Positions 1 through 8,533 of a stretch of DNA of 47,051 nt are shown here, piece after piece; position 1 is the first letter of the stretch; every line of letters starts with the position of its first letter. The position numbers were made by a program, and so were the translations under genes. Source of the DNA: a virus (lineage: Duplodnaviria > Heunggongvirae > Uroviricota > Caudoviricetes); IMG/VR virus record IMGVR_UViG_3300047159_000049; one strand, given 5' to 3'. The notes under the pieces are model-generated. The model worked only from the letters and a program-made list of their open reading frames with translations. It made no database searches and had not been told where the DNA came from.

Positions 1-1
1 C

Positions 2-940
2 CTGGGTAGACGCGACTTCGATCTCCTGCGGAAGATGAGCGTTGTAGTTCTTTATCTTCGACAGAATGGATCCGGCAAACCCATCGGCGTATGCCTTGAT
101 GTTCCCAAGGGCGTCAGACACGGCGTTCTTGATCTTGGATGCCGTATAAACAGAGTCGCGCAGGGCCATCATCATGCTGACTGCGGCTGCCGACTTATAC
201 AGCGTATCGGTAAGCTTGCGGTTTCCGCCATTGATGGCGTCGACGAAATTGTTGAATCCATCGACGACGGCCGACCCGACGTTAGAGGCTTCGGTGATCG
301 TTGACAGAACGTCGATCCCATGCTCGACGTATGCCTCGCGGACGTAAGTGACGTCCTTGAGGGCGGCGTCAAACGCCCCGGTTCTGCACGAATCGTTGAA
401 ATCGTGAATCGCCTTGAGCGGGCGGATCTTCGAGATCTGCGGATACTCAACGGGCGAATCGTCTCCTTTGGCTGCTTCGGTGCAGGTGGCTATCAAATAA
501 GACATCGATTGGATCACGGACACCATGAGAGCCTCGTATTGAAGGATGACCACGGTCTTCTTATCGCGGTAGGCTTCCTTGAAATCGTTAGAATGTTTGC
601 TGATGTTGCTGAGGCATTCGATGATATCAGCCACGGCTTGGGATGCTTCGCTTTGGCCGAAATACTCCGAGACTCCGTCGACTGACGACTTCAGTTTGGA
701 GAGAGCTGCCTGGATCGCAGGATAGTCCTTGTACATCTTGAGATCGCCGCGAGAGCGATCGATGTCCTGGGAATCGACTGCCGGGACTTTGTCTTTGAGA
801 GATCCCATGATCTCCCTGGCGACGAAAGCCACCGACGCTGCCTTTGGCCCATCGTCGATCTTAGAATATTGGTCCTTGGTCATATCCCCAGATTCTAGAA
901 GATACTTCTTCAGGAGCTTTTCCGATTCATAGTGCATCAT
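2..940 (-). CDS. Putative virion (head-associated) structural protein, partial; runs off the left edge
   Basis: Missing from the ORF track because no stop lies in the window. Translated by hand from ATG 940 after a GGAGG RBS: MMHYESEKLLKKYLLESGDMTKDQYSK...DIDRSRGDLKMYKDY...KKTVVILQYEALMVSVIQSMSYLIATC. Open to position 2. Last gene of the late operon starting at 4392 and resembles AR9-type virion proteins from memory. Confidence 0.65.
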   Translation of the reverse strand, partial: MMHYESEKLLKKYLLESGDMTKDQYSKIDDGPKAASVAFVAREIMGSLKDKVPAVDSQDIDRSRGDLKMYKDYPAIQAALSKLKSSVDGVSEYFGQSEASQAVADIIECLSNISKHSNDFKEAYRDKKTVVILQYEALMVSVIQSMSYLIATCTEAAKGDDSPVEYPQISKIRPLKAIHDFNDSCRTGAFDAALKDVTYVREAYVEHGIDVLSTITEASNVGSAVVDGFNNFVDAINGGNRKLTDTLYKSAAAVSMMMALRDSVYTASKIKNAVSDALGNIKAYADGFAGSILSKIKNYNAHLPQEIEVASTQ

Positions 941-979
941 ATTTGCATCCTCCGCCTTTCATGATTGCCGATAAAATAT

Positions 980-1237
980 TTATTTTCCGAGGACATCGTC
1001 GGGGTTGATTCCCTCTTCGATGCAGAATTCCTCGAACGTGATGAGATTCGGGTCGTATCCTCTGCTGATCATCAGAGACTCGGCTCCTTCAAGAGGAACC
1101 GAATTCGGATCGCCTTTGAGATACTTTTTGCGCTGAGCCTCAAGCTCTTTATCCGAGAGCTTAGGATTCTTGCTGTCGGGAACTTCCTTGGCATGCGCGC
1201 CGACTGGCTTCTTAACTTCTTTGTCCATGATCATCAC
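980..1237 (-). CDS. Small hypothetical protein in the late operon
   Basis: 85-aa ORF with a 4-nt overlap with the stop of the 1052-aa ORF; co-oriented between two virion-type genes. Confidence 0.65.
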   Translation of the reverse strand: MMIMDKEVKKPVGAHAKEVPDSKNPKLSDKELEAQRKKYLKGDPNSVPLEGAESLMISRGYDPNLITFEEFCIEEGINPDDVLGK

Positions 1238-4200
1238 CTCGCTAATTTAGCAATGGCAGAAAGCTGCTTGGTCGTTCTGTCATCGATTGATCTATTCTCG
1301 AACGCCGAATAAGGGACGACATCCCAGCTGATGGCATCAGGATCGTCGCAAATCATGAGCGTTCCATCCCCATACAGATCGTCATCGGCGATCATGACTG
1401 AGAGAGCGCTGTATCTGCGCATAAGCTTGATCGCCAGCTTCACGTCTTTGGCATAGTCGTCTCCGGTTTCCTGCTTGCAGGCTTCGACTTCCTTATGCGA
1501 GAAGACGATGTGCGCGTTGATAACGTTGTCAAGCTGTTTGCCGGCGAGCTTGTTGGCCACCGCGATATTGGAAAGCTTTTCGAGGTTGTTCCAGAGATCT
1601 CCGGAATTAGGAAGGTTCTTGGCACTGTCATCAGCGTCTTTGAAAGCTCCGGAGATCGCGTCTGCGATAGGATTGCCAAGCTTGGCATCGTCCGATGAGA
1701 ACACGCCTTTGACAGCCTTATTCTTGTCGGAGTTCATCTTAAGGACGTATTCCATCTCCGCTGACGGAACCCTGGTTATGACGCCAAGAATCCCGATGAC
1801 TGCGGTGAGGCTGGAATCCGAAGTGCGGCCGTCGTTAAAGCGGCTGTTGAATTTGACGGTCATGACCAACGGATCGTTGTATCTGCGATCGCGAAGATCT
1901 TTCTTGTCGTATTCGACGGATCCGTATGCCAGCAATCCTTTTGACCCAAATTCAGGGACGAGCGAAACGTCCTGATCGGTAGGATTGACGTTATAGGTAT
2001 AGGTGTTATGTCTGATATTCGTATTGAGGACTCGCTCATTAAGCAATGCCGATTCAACGATGTATTCTCGGCATCCTTTCAGAGATTTTGAGATATCCTC
2101 GCAAAGCGATTTGTTATAAGCTTTGGCATGAGGAAGGGTGGCTTCATGCATGGAGTATTCCTCATTGCGTACCGGGCGGGTATACGCCGGAGTGACGTTG
2201 TAAAGGCCTTTGACGCTCTTGAAGAAATCATCCTGGGCGTCTTTGAGCGCTTTGGCTTCAGACGCATACTTGTCTTTCTGATAAGCCGCGTTGGAATCCT
2301 TGCCGCCTTTATAATCGATGACGCCGTTCTTGTCCATATGATATCCGGTGTTGTACGCGTATTCTTGGTCAAGATCCCAAAGCTGCTTGCGATTCTTGTC
2401 CATCTGATTGATGAGAGTCTCGACGCGCTCCCATCCTTCGATATCGTCGTGAACGGTCGAAGAATGCGGCATGGAATCCCATTTATTGCGAATGATGGCG
2501 TACATCGCAGCAGCAGACGCCGCTCCGCCAATGACGGCGGGAAGCGCGATTGCCCAAGGAAGAGCGGCAGCCGAAGCTCCGGCCGCAGCGCCGATTCCCC
2601 ATCCGGCCAATCCGCTGGCGGTGGCTCCGGCAGCTCCGACGCCGGCGATCTGCCAAGCTTGCTTGGTGGTGAGTCTGAACGTCTCGGTCATCGCTCTCGT
2701 GTAGATGAGCTTGTTGCGCGCGATGTTGTTCGCGGTGTCTTTATCGACAAGCCCGAATTCGGTCATGTCGACGTCTCCGCTCTTATGCGTGACGGTCTTG
2801 GTTCCGTATGATCCGGTAATGATGTCAGACGACTTGAATTGCATGACGAGCTGCGCTCTGGTGGATCTTGACATAGGAATGCCAAGACGGACAACGCAGT
2901 AGGAGATGAATTCGTTTCCTGAAATGCGATTAGACACAAGAAGGTAAGACGCTTTCTCGTATCTGTCTCTGAGGAACGGGTTGTTGGCGATGACCTTTCC
3001 GATCGTGGTGTTGTCGTCATTCATGGAAACTTTTAATTTATTAGGATCGAACTTAAGGTTAGTCATGTTCTCAAGGCTTCCGAGGACGTCAGAATCCTCT
3101 TTCTCGCCTTTCATGGAATCCGGAATAGCCGAATCGGTGTCTCTGGCTCCGGACTCGTCATCGGCTTCTTCTGAAGACACTTCGGCTCTGGCAATGACTG
3201 TTCTAAGCGTGTTGATATCATCAGACACGCCATCTGCCAATCCTTCAAGCCCATTGAATAACGCTGTCAAAGCAGCCTCAGGATCGGACGCGGCCGCAGC
3301 CGACGCCTTGAACGACGCTCCTCCAGAAGGAGGAACCGATCCGCCTGATCTCTCTGACGGAATGACCGCCGGATAAGACGCTTCGCTCATGGTGGTAGAA
3401 ACGATGGCTTTGATAGACGTGAGAGTATTCTGCATCATCCCGGCGTCGCTGATCAGCTTCGACACCGCGCTGGAGATATCATGATCGGAATACGCATCGC
3501 CATAAGTCATCTCGCGAGCCGACTTAAAGATGTCATCCGCTTTGTCGATGGCTCCGTCTGTCTCCGCGTCAAGAGCGCGAACAGCCGACTTGCGCTCACT
3601 GTCGCTCATGCTTCCGATCATCTTGACGACTTTGGAGTTTTTGCGATAATATTTGATGACGTCGAATGCGTTGCCATCGAGGCGCTTAGCCTCAGCGACG
3701 AGAGAATCATTGTCGTCTTTGGAAAGGGCTTCGGATAAAATTAATTTTTCCGCGACGCTTTCCTCATCGGCGTTGGACGTTATGATCGCCCCCTCGAGAA
3801 GGGAATCCGCGTATTCGTCTCCGGTAGTCGGCATCGCCGATTCTTTTCTAAGAAGGGCATACGCCGCGCTGTTGCTCATGACGTCATCGGTTGAAAGGTC
3901 GCCGGTCGCGGCCTTTGCCGCGATGCGCTTCGTCCCGAATTCAGGCCCGGTCAGGCGATCAAGCGCCTGCATGGCCATGTTGCCTCCGACCGAGGTTGGC
4001 TTCAAATCTGAAATATCAACGACTTGATTGGACACGATGAGGTTGATGTATTCGGCGTATTGCTCTTCGAGAGCGCGCTTAATCATGACGGCAGTGTCAG
4101 CCGAAGTATCGTCCGACACGATGATCGGGAAAGTCTTCAGCGCCCTGTTGGCCATGCTCTTGACGGAGCCGGCTCCCATCGCCATCCCCAATGCGCTGAT

Positions 4201-4392
4201 AAGCCTCTTTCTGGCCTCTCCTTCGTCGCGCGAAGCAAGATCGGGATCGAATCCCTTTCCGCTGCCTGAATAAGAATCGCTAGGAACAGGGGCATAAGAC
4301 CCAAGCTTCTTGTTCATCTTGTCCTGATACGTCTCTTTGCTTTTGAATAGTGAGCTGAAGATTCCGCTTTCGTCTATGTTTTTGTCTGCCAT
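1234..4392 (-). CDS. Large putative virion/head protein with an internal Gly/Ala-rich hydrophobic segment
   Basis: 1052-aa ORF behind the late motif at 4422-4435. The N-terminal block ALKTFPIIVSDD...KRALEEQYAEYINL and the C-terminal block DPLVMTVKF...TAVIGILGV resemble jumbo-phage virion proteins (recalled, not searched). Confidence 0.65.
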   Translation of the reverse strand: MADKNIDESGIFSSLFKSKETYQDKMNKKLGSYAPVPSDSYSGSGKGFDPDLASRDEGEARKRLISALGMAMGAGSVKSMANRALKTFPIIVSDDTSADTAVMIKRALEEQYAEYINLIVSNQVVDISDLKPTSVGGNMAMQALDRLTGPEFGTKRIAAKAATGDLSTDDVMSNSAAYALLRKESAMPTTGDEYADSLLEGAIITSNADEESVAEKLILSEALSKDDNDSLVAEAKRLDGNAFDVIKYYRKNSKVVKMIGSMSDSERKSAVRALDAETDGAIDKADDIFKSAREMTYGDAYSDHDISSAVSKLISDAGMMQNTLTSIKAIVSTTMSEASYPAVIPSERSGGSVPPSGGASFKASAAAASDPEAALTALFNGLEGLADGVSDDINTLRTVIARAEVSSEEADDESGARDTDSAIPDSMKGEKEDSDVLGSLENMTNLKFDPNKLKVSMNDDNTTIGKVIANNPFLRDRYEKASYLLVSNRISGNEFISYCVVRLGIPMSRSTRAQLVMQFKSSDIITGSYGTKTVTHKSGDVDMTEFGLVDKDTANNIARNKLIYTRAMTETFRLTTKQAWQIAGVGAAGATASGLAGWGIGAAAGASAAALPWAIALPAVIGGAASAAAMYAIIRNKWDSMPHSSTVHDDIEGWERVETLINQMDKNRKQLWDLDQEYAYNTGYHMDKNGVIDYKGGKDSNAAYQKDKYASEAKALKDAQDDFFKSVKGLYNVTPAYTRPVRNEEYSMHEATLPHAKAYNKSLCEDISKSLKGCREYIVESALLNERVLNTNIRHNTYTYNVNPTDQDVSLVPEFGSKGLLAYGSVEYDKKDLRDRRYNDPLVMTVKFNSRFNDGRTSDSSLTAVIGILGVITRVPSAEMEYVLKMNSDKNKAVKGVFSSDDAKLGNPIADAISGAFKDADDSAKNLPNSGDLWNNLEKLSNIAVANKLAGKQLDNVINAHIVFSHKEVEACKQETGDDYAKDVKLAIKLMRRYSALSVMIADDDLYGDGTLMICDDPDAISWDVVPYSAFENRSIDDRTTKQLSAIAKLAR

Positions 4393-4421
4393 TAGCGTGC
4401 CTCAATATCTGTGAAGTATGG

Positions 4422-4435
4422 ATAATTAATTGTTC
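4422..4435 (-). promoter_or_regulatory. Putative phage late promoter GAACAATTAATTAT
   Basis: Recurrent motif, 30 nt upstream of ATG 4392. Confidence 0.7.
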
Positions 4436-4496
4436 GCCATGCCAAGAATGCCGAGAAGAAGGCTTTTTCCTGACGCATCCAAACCCCGTTTGATGG

Positions 4497-4505
4497 ATAT
4501 ATTAT
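4497..4505 (+). promoter_or_regulatory. Putative phage early promoter ATATATTAT
   Basis: One of six intergenic ATATATnAT copies, each upstream of a + strand operon. Confidence 0.6.
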
Positions 4506-4535
4506 AGTCATGAAAGAAAGAAGGTTACAAACATT

Positions 4536-5240
4536 ATGTCTAAATTTTCTAGAAAATCCACAGACAAAGCTCCGTCCAAGAAGCAGCTCAAGGAGTTCAA
4601 AGAAGCCGAGGCCACGCTAGCCGCGATGCCTGACTCTCCGACCAAGATGCCGATGGAGGTTCTCAAGCAAATTGAGAAAGCCGTGGTAGATCCGAAGAAG
4701 GAAAGATACGACTCGATCATCAAGTTCGCCACAGAATGCAAGACCGCCTCAAGCGTCAAAACGGATATGTTTGGCGCATCTAAGGTTTGCTGCGCGTTCC
4801 TCGATACCGTATACGACGGATGCCCGATGTTCTATTTCATGATCACCGACAAAGGAGATCTCATCGTGTCATACGATCTTTCAAAAGAAGACAATGACGT
4901 GCCTGAGAGATTCTGCAAAGACGGCAAAGCCCCGAGAGGATATTTCCTTTCGGCGCTCGTCGATCAGAATAGAATCAAGGACATCTACGGAAAATCAATC
5001 AAGATGATCAGGCTATTCGAAGGAGATTTCAATTCGGCCAAGAAGAAAGCGATCATCTCGAGAGACGAAACCACGGACGACAACGCCGCGGTTATGGCGT
5101 GCCCTGGAGAGACCACCGACGCGGACAGAAAGAGCGTCTACGTCAACAGCATCGGGCCGAAAGCCACGATGGATCTTCTCTGGGATGAGATCCCGACGGA
5201 CGCGCTTTACGACGCGTCGAAGATCTTTAAGGACAATTAG
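4536..5240 (+). CDS. Hypothetical protein
   Basis: 234-aa ORF with an AGAAGG RBS, first gene after the early motif. Confidence 0.8.
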   Translation: MSKFSRKSTDKAPSKKQLKEFKEAEATLAAMPDSPTKMPMEVLKQIEKAVVDPKKERYDSIIKFATECKTASSVKTDMFGASKVCCAFLDTVYDGCPMFYFMITDKGDLIVSYDLSKEDNDVPERFCKDGKAPRGYFLSALVDQNRIKDIYGKSIKMIRLFEGDFNSAKKKAIISRDETTDDNAAVMACPGETTDADRKSVYVNSIGPKATMDLLWDEIPTDALYDASKIFKDN

Positions 5241-5242
5241 TT

Positions 5243-5467
5243 ATGCTAAGCGCAAAACAGATATCAGACATCAGGTCTCTATACAAGCACGGCACCCGAG
5301 TCGTCATTGAGACGATGCACGACCAAAACAGGGTTCCATACGGAACCGCCGGGACGGTCAAGTACGTCGACGACGAAGGCACCATCTTCGTGGCTTGGGA
5401 CAACGGGTCGTCCTTGGGAATCCTCCCAGAGATCGACACGTTCCACCTCGAAATCGAAAGGAAGTGA
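5243..5467 (+). CDS. DUF4314-family small SH3-like protein
   Basis: GTRVVIETMHD..VPYGTAGTVKYVDDEGTIFVAWDNGSSLG matches the DUF4314 pattern (GtrV.L..M.D...p.Gt.GtV..VDD.G.ihv.WdnGssL). Confidence 0.8.
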   Translation: MLSAKQISDIRSLYKHGTRVVIETMHDQNRVPYGTAGTVKYVDDEGTIFVAWDNGSSLGILPEIDTFHLEIERK

Positions 5468-5473
5468 GCCGCC

Positions 5474-6247
5474 ATGTCGGATGATTTAACAGTCAGCCAG
5501 GAAAACTCCATAGCGAACACGTCCTTCAATCAAAGAAGGACGTCTTTGGAAGACCTGTCGAGCCGAATCATATCAAACGCCAACATTCAAGAAGACTACT
5601 TCCCGGCTAGCGTGATAATGTATAAGCGGCGCTGCGAGATCGCCTACCTTCTGAAGAATCCGCTTAAAGCCACCCAGACGAAGCCGGTGCTGCTTATCCT
5701 CAGCAGATCGAAGATGGGCTGGAACGGGCGAGAGCTATCCAAGACGGCCGGAATAAAGGCCGCCGCCGATATGCCTGCCAAAATCAGCATCTCGGAAGTC
5801 TCAATCAACAAATCGAAATTATACGAATCCTATCGCGTTGAAAAATACTATGGCGCGATCATCAAAAACAACAGCCATTATGGAATGATCATAAATTATA
5901 CGGATACCTTGATATCCTGCAAATTCGCACTAGGCGGAAGCCTGGCGTCGAAAATAAAAATATTTTACGACCCGAACGGCGAGCGCCCCGATGGCTATAT
6001 GAGCGAATGCGACACGGCGATATCCGAAAGCGGATCGACCATACTTTACGAGTTCAACATCTTCGTCTATGACGACTGCGAATACAGAGGCAGCCAACGA
6101 TCCAGAGCTAACACGCCGGATAATCAGAAATGGCATAAGCTCGTCAAAGCGAAGCTGATCAACATCTCCAAGCATAGAATAGTCAGCGCGCTCTGCGACG
6201 CTATGCCTGAATGCGCAAGCAGCATCAAATTAGACGCAATGGTCTAA
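5474..6247 (+). CDS. Hypothetical protein, C-terminal tag family (SSIKLDAMV)
   Basis: 257-aa ORF in the operon; ends in the shared C-terminal motif. Confidence 0.8.
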   Translation: MSDDLTVSQENSIANTSFNQRRTSLEDLSSRIISNANIQEDYFPASVIMYKRRCEIAYLLKNPLKATQTKPVLLILSRSKMGWNGRELSKTAGIKAAADMPAKISISEVSINKSKLYESYRVEKYYGAIIKNNSHYGMIINYTDTLISCKFALGGSLASKIKIFYDPNGERPDGYMSECDTAISESGSTILYEFNIFVYDDCEYRGSQRSRANTPDNQKWHKLVKAKLINISKHRIVSALCDAMPECASSIKLDAMV

Positions 6248-6269
6248 AATGCACCAAGGAGGCATGTAT

Positions 6270-6524
6270 ATGAATACGACGCTAAAGTCAATCATCATCA
6301 CGTTTCTTCCTGACGACGACCAAGCCAAGCCCGAGATCAAGAAGAACATCCCAAACGATCTCGTCAGCAAAATCACGGAGCCGTCTGATGGCAAGATCGA
6401 GCTATCGGTAGAAGACGCCAATTTCGCAAAAGTTGCCAATTCCGTCAAGCAGATCAGACGGGCTAGTTGCTGCGCGATCGTCCCTGGGGTCGGAGTCGTC
6501 AAGATCTCCGATAGATCGCTATGA
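6270..6524 (+). CDS. Hypothetical protein
   Basis: AGGAGG RBS at 6257-6262 favours ATG 6270 (or 6264) over 6249; ATGA overlap with the next gene. Confidence 0.7.
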   Translation: MNTTLKSIIITFLPDDDQAKPEIKKNIPNDLVSKITEPSDGKIELSVEDANFAKVANSVKQIRRASCCAIVPGVGVVKISDRSL

Positions 6525-7201
6525 CTTCGAAAGATATCAAAAGCGACGGGACCGAAGGCTCAAGCGACATCAGCGGAAAGACGTATCAGCTCATCGCGTC
6601 CATGGATGCCCGCAGAGGCGAAACGAAAAACAAAAACGTCGATCTGCGCAAATACGGGGTGTCTGGAAAGATGTACGTCGAGGCAAGCACCAACAAGATA
6701 ATCGGGTTCACGAGATCCGGCTTCCGAGAGCATGCCTTCTTTCAGTATTTCTCGGCAAGAGAGATGCATCAGCTATGGGAAAGCAAACCCGTTTACCTCG
6801 ATGATCTCGGATGCTGCGTAAACGGCATGCTGAGAAACAACATATCCGTGGTCATCCGCGTTAGCTACTATAACGAAGAATACTACGCCAGAGTCGAGTT
6901 CGTCGTATGCGCAGATTCAAGCAATCCTGGGATAATCTTGCTTCCGCCAAGCGACAAATATCAGGATATCGAAAACAGCACAATCATATATATCGGAGAC
7001 GTCAACAAAGACAAGGATCTGGACATCACGTTCCGCAGCAAAAAGCCTGAAAAAGGCGCTCTGATGAACGCCATCAAAAAGGCATCAGATCTCATCATCA
7101 AAAACGCCTCAGGAGACGGATTCGATCCATCCAGATTCGATTGCGACGACGTCAAGATAAAAGCGTTCATCGACTCCGCCATCGTCCAAGCGTCTATCTA
7201 A
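6521..7201 (+). CDS. Hypothetical protein, C-terminal tag family (DSAIVQASI)
   Basis: 226-aa ORF followed by a terminator. Confidence 0.8.
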   Translation: MTSKDIKSDGTEGSSDISGKTYQLIASMDARRGETKNKNVDLRKYGVSGKMYVEASTNKIIGFTRSGFREHAFFQYFSAREMHQLWESKPVYLDDLGCCVNGMLRNNISVVIRVSYYNEEYYARVEFVVCADSSNPGIILLPPSDKYQDIENSTIIYIGDVNKDKDLDITFRSKKPEKGALMNAIKKASDLIIKNASGDGFDPSRFDCDDVKIKAFIDSAIVQASI

Positions 7202-7202
7202 A

Positions 7203-7232
7203 AGAAACCGCCGATCCGGTTTCTTTTTTTTG
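7203..7232 (+). terminator. Rho-independent terminator
   Basis: AAGAAACCG-CCGATC-CGGTTTCTT stem followed by a T-tract. Confidence 0.85.
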
Positions 7233-7258
7233 CCAACTCGTATGCGGAAAAGGCCCTC

Positions 7259-7272
7259 GAACAATTGATTAT
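7259..7272 (+). promoter_or_regulatory. Putative phage late promoter GAACAATTGATTAT
   Basis: Recurrent motif 24 nt upstream of ATG 7296. Confidence 0.7.
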
Positions 7273-7295
7273 GCAAAATTCAAGAGGCATGATCG

Positions 7296-8489
7296 ATGGC
7301 TTCCGACAATATTAGTACCTCAGACCTATTCGTAAACACCAATTCGGATCCATCGGGCTTCAGAGAGCTGTCCAGATTCAATGGCTATTTCGACAACCGA
7401 TACGTCGATGACCATCCAGGCGGAAGCGCGTTCATATTCGTGACCAAGCCGATGCTGTTCATTCTGCCAACGAAGCCGTCGGCCGCCGATTCCAGGAAAG
7501 ACTATCTCGCATACGGAAACATGACGAAGGATCCTAAATTCGCGCAGTTCCTGGTAAAAGAATCAGGCGGAAACGATGAGGACGGATACATCGCCAAGAT
7601 GCTCTCATACAAAGAATACACCGACGTTCAGTCCCTGTTCCTTCCGATCTTCACCAACCGCACGATAACGTTCGATTCCCAGGATGTCTCTCTCGACACC
7701 GAAGACGCGTTCAACACAAAAGAAGGATACCGAATCCCGATGCCTGGAACCAAAACCCAATCGGAAGCCGCTGGGAACATCGCCATCGGCATGCTGCCCG
7801 ACACCCTCAATCTCGATATGATAAAGATAATGACGCTATGGGTAAATTACATATCATACATATCAAACGGCACCTTCGACGCCAACCCCGATATGGTGCG
7901 CAACTGCCAGCTTGATTACATGTCATCGATATACTATTTCGTTCTGAATCCGGATGGAAAGACGTTGAAATACTGGTGCAAATACACCGGATGCTACCCG
8001 ACGTCGATCCCTTATTCGGCGCTGTCGTATTCAAGAGGGGACGGCTCGCCTCAGAACATAACCGTCCAGATGGCTTACACCGTCAAAGAGGATCTCAGCC
8101 CGCGCATACTCGAAGACTTCAACAAAGTTTCCCTGAGAGTCGCCGATTGCTGGGACGACTCGTCGAGCGCCGCATCGGAAGACGACAGCGGAAGCGGCGA
8201 ATACATCGCCGGATCGACAAGCCCGCTTCTGTCTGAGAAAGCCCTCTCGCAAAACAGCGGATTGATGGCAGTCATCAACTCAGCCAAACGAGATCCTATC
8301 GTGTTCAGGGTTCCAAAAAAGAACGCGTCGGACGTCAAATCGTCTAACAGCGACGCGATCCCTGCGCATTTCGAGCTTTCGTTCGGCAGATCGACGATGG
8401 CGTCATCCGTGATCAAGAGCGTCACCGGAAACAACACGGACGGCCTGATAGATTACGATTCGTTCTGGAAGAGCCCGTTGGAGTCGTGA
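7296..8489 (+). CDS. Putative tail-tube-fold/baseplate virion protein
   Basis: AFIFVTKP and LDYMSSIYYFVLNPDGKTLKYWCKYTGCYPTSIPY resemble T4 gp19/gp48/gp54-like tube-fold proteins of jumbo myophages. Directly upstream of the baseplate wedge gene. Confidence 0.6.
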   Translation: MASDNISTSDLFVNTNSDPSGFRELSRFNGYFDNRYVDDHPGGSAFIFVTKPMLFILPTKPSAADSRKDYLAYGNMTKDPKFAQFLVKESGGNDEDGYIAKMLSYKEYTDVQSLFLPIFTNRTITFDSQDVSLDTEDAFNTKEGYRIPMPGTKTQSEAAGNIAIGMLPDTLNLDMIKIMTLWVNYISYISNGTFDANPDMVRNCQLDYMSSIYYFVLNPDGKTLKYWCKYTGCYPTSIPYSALSYSRGDGSPQNITVQMAYTVKEDLSPRILEDFNKVSLRVADCWDDSSSAASEDDSGSGEYIAGSTSPLLSEKALSQNSGLMAVINSAKRDPIVFRVPKKNASDVKSSNSDAIPAHFELSFGRSTMASSVIKSVTGNNTDGLIDYDSFWKSPLES

Positions 8490-8533
8490 CCGCCTTCGGA
8501 AAATAAAAATAAATCCTGCGAGGACATAATCTT

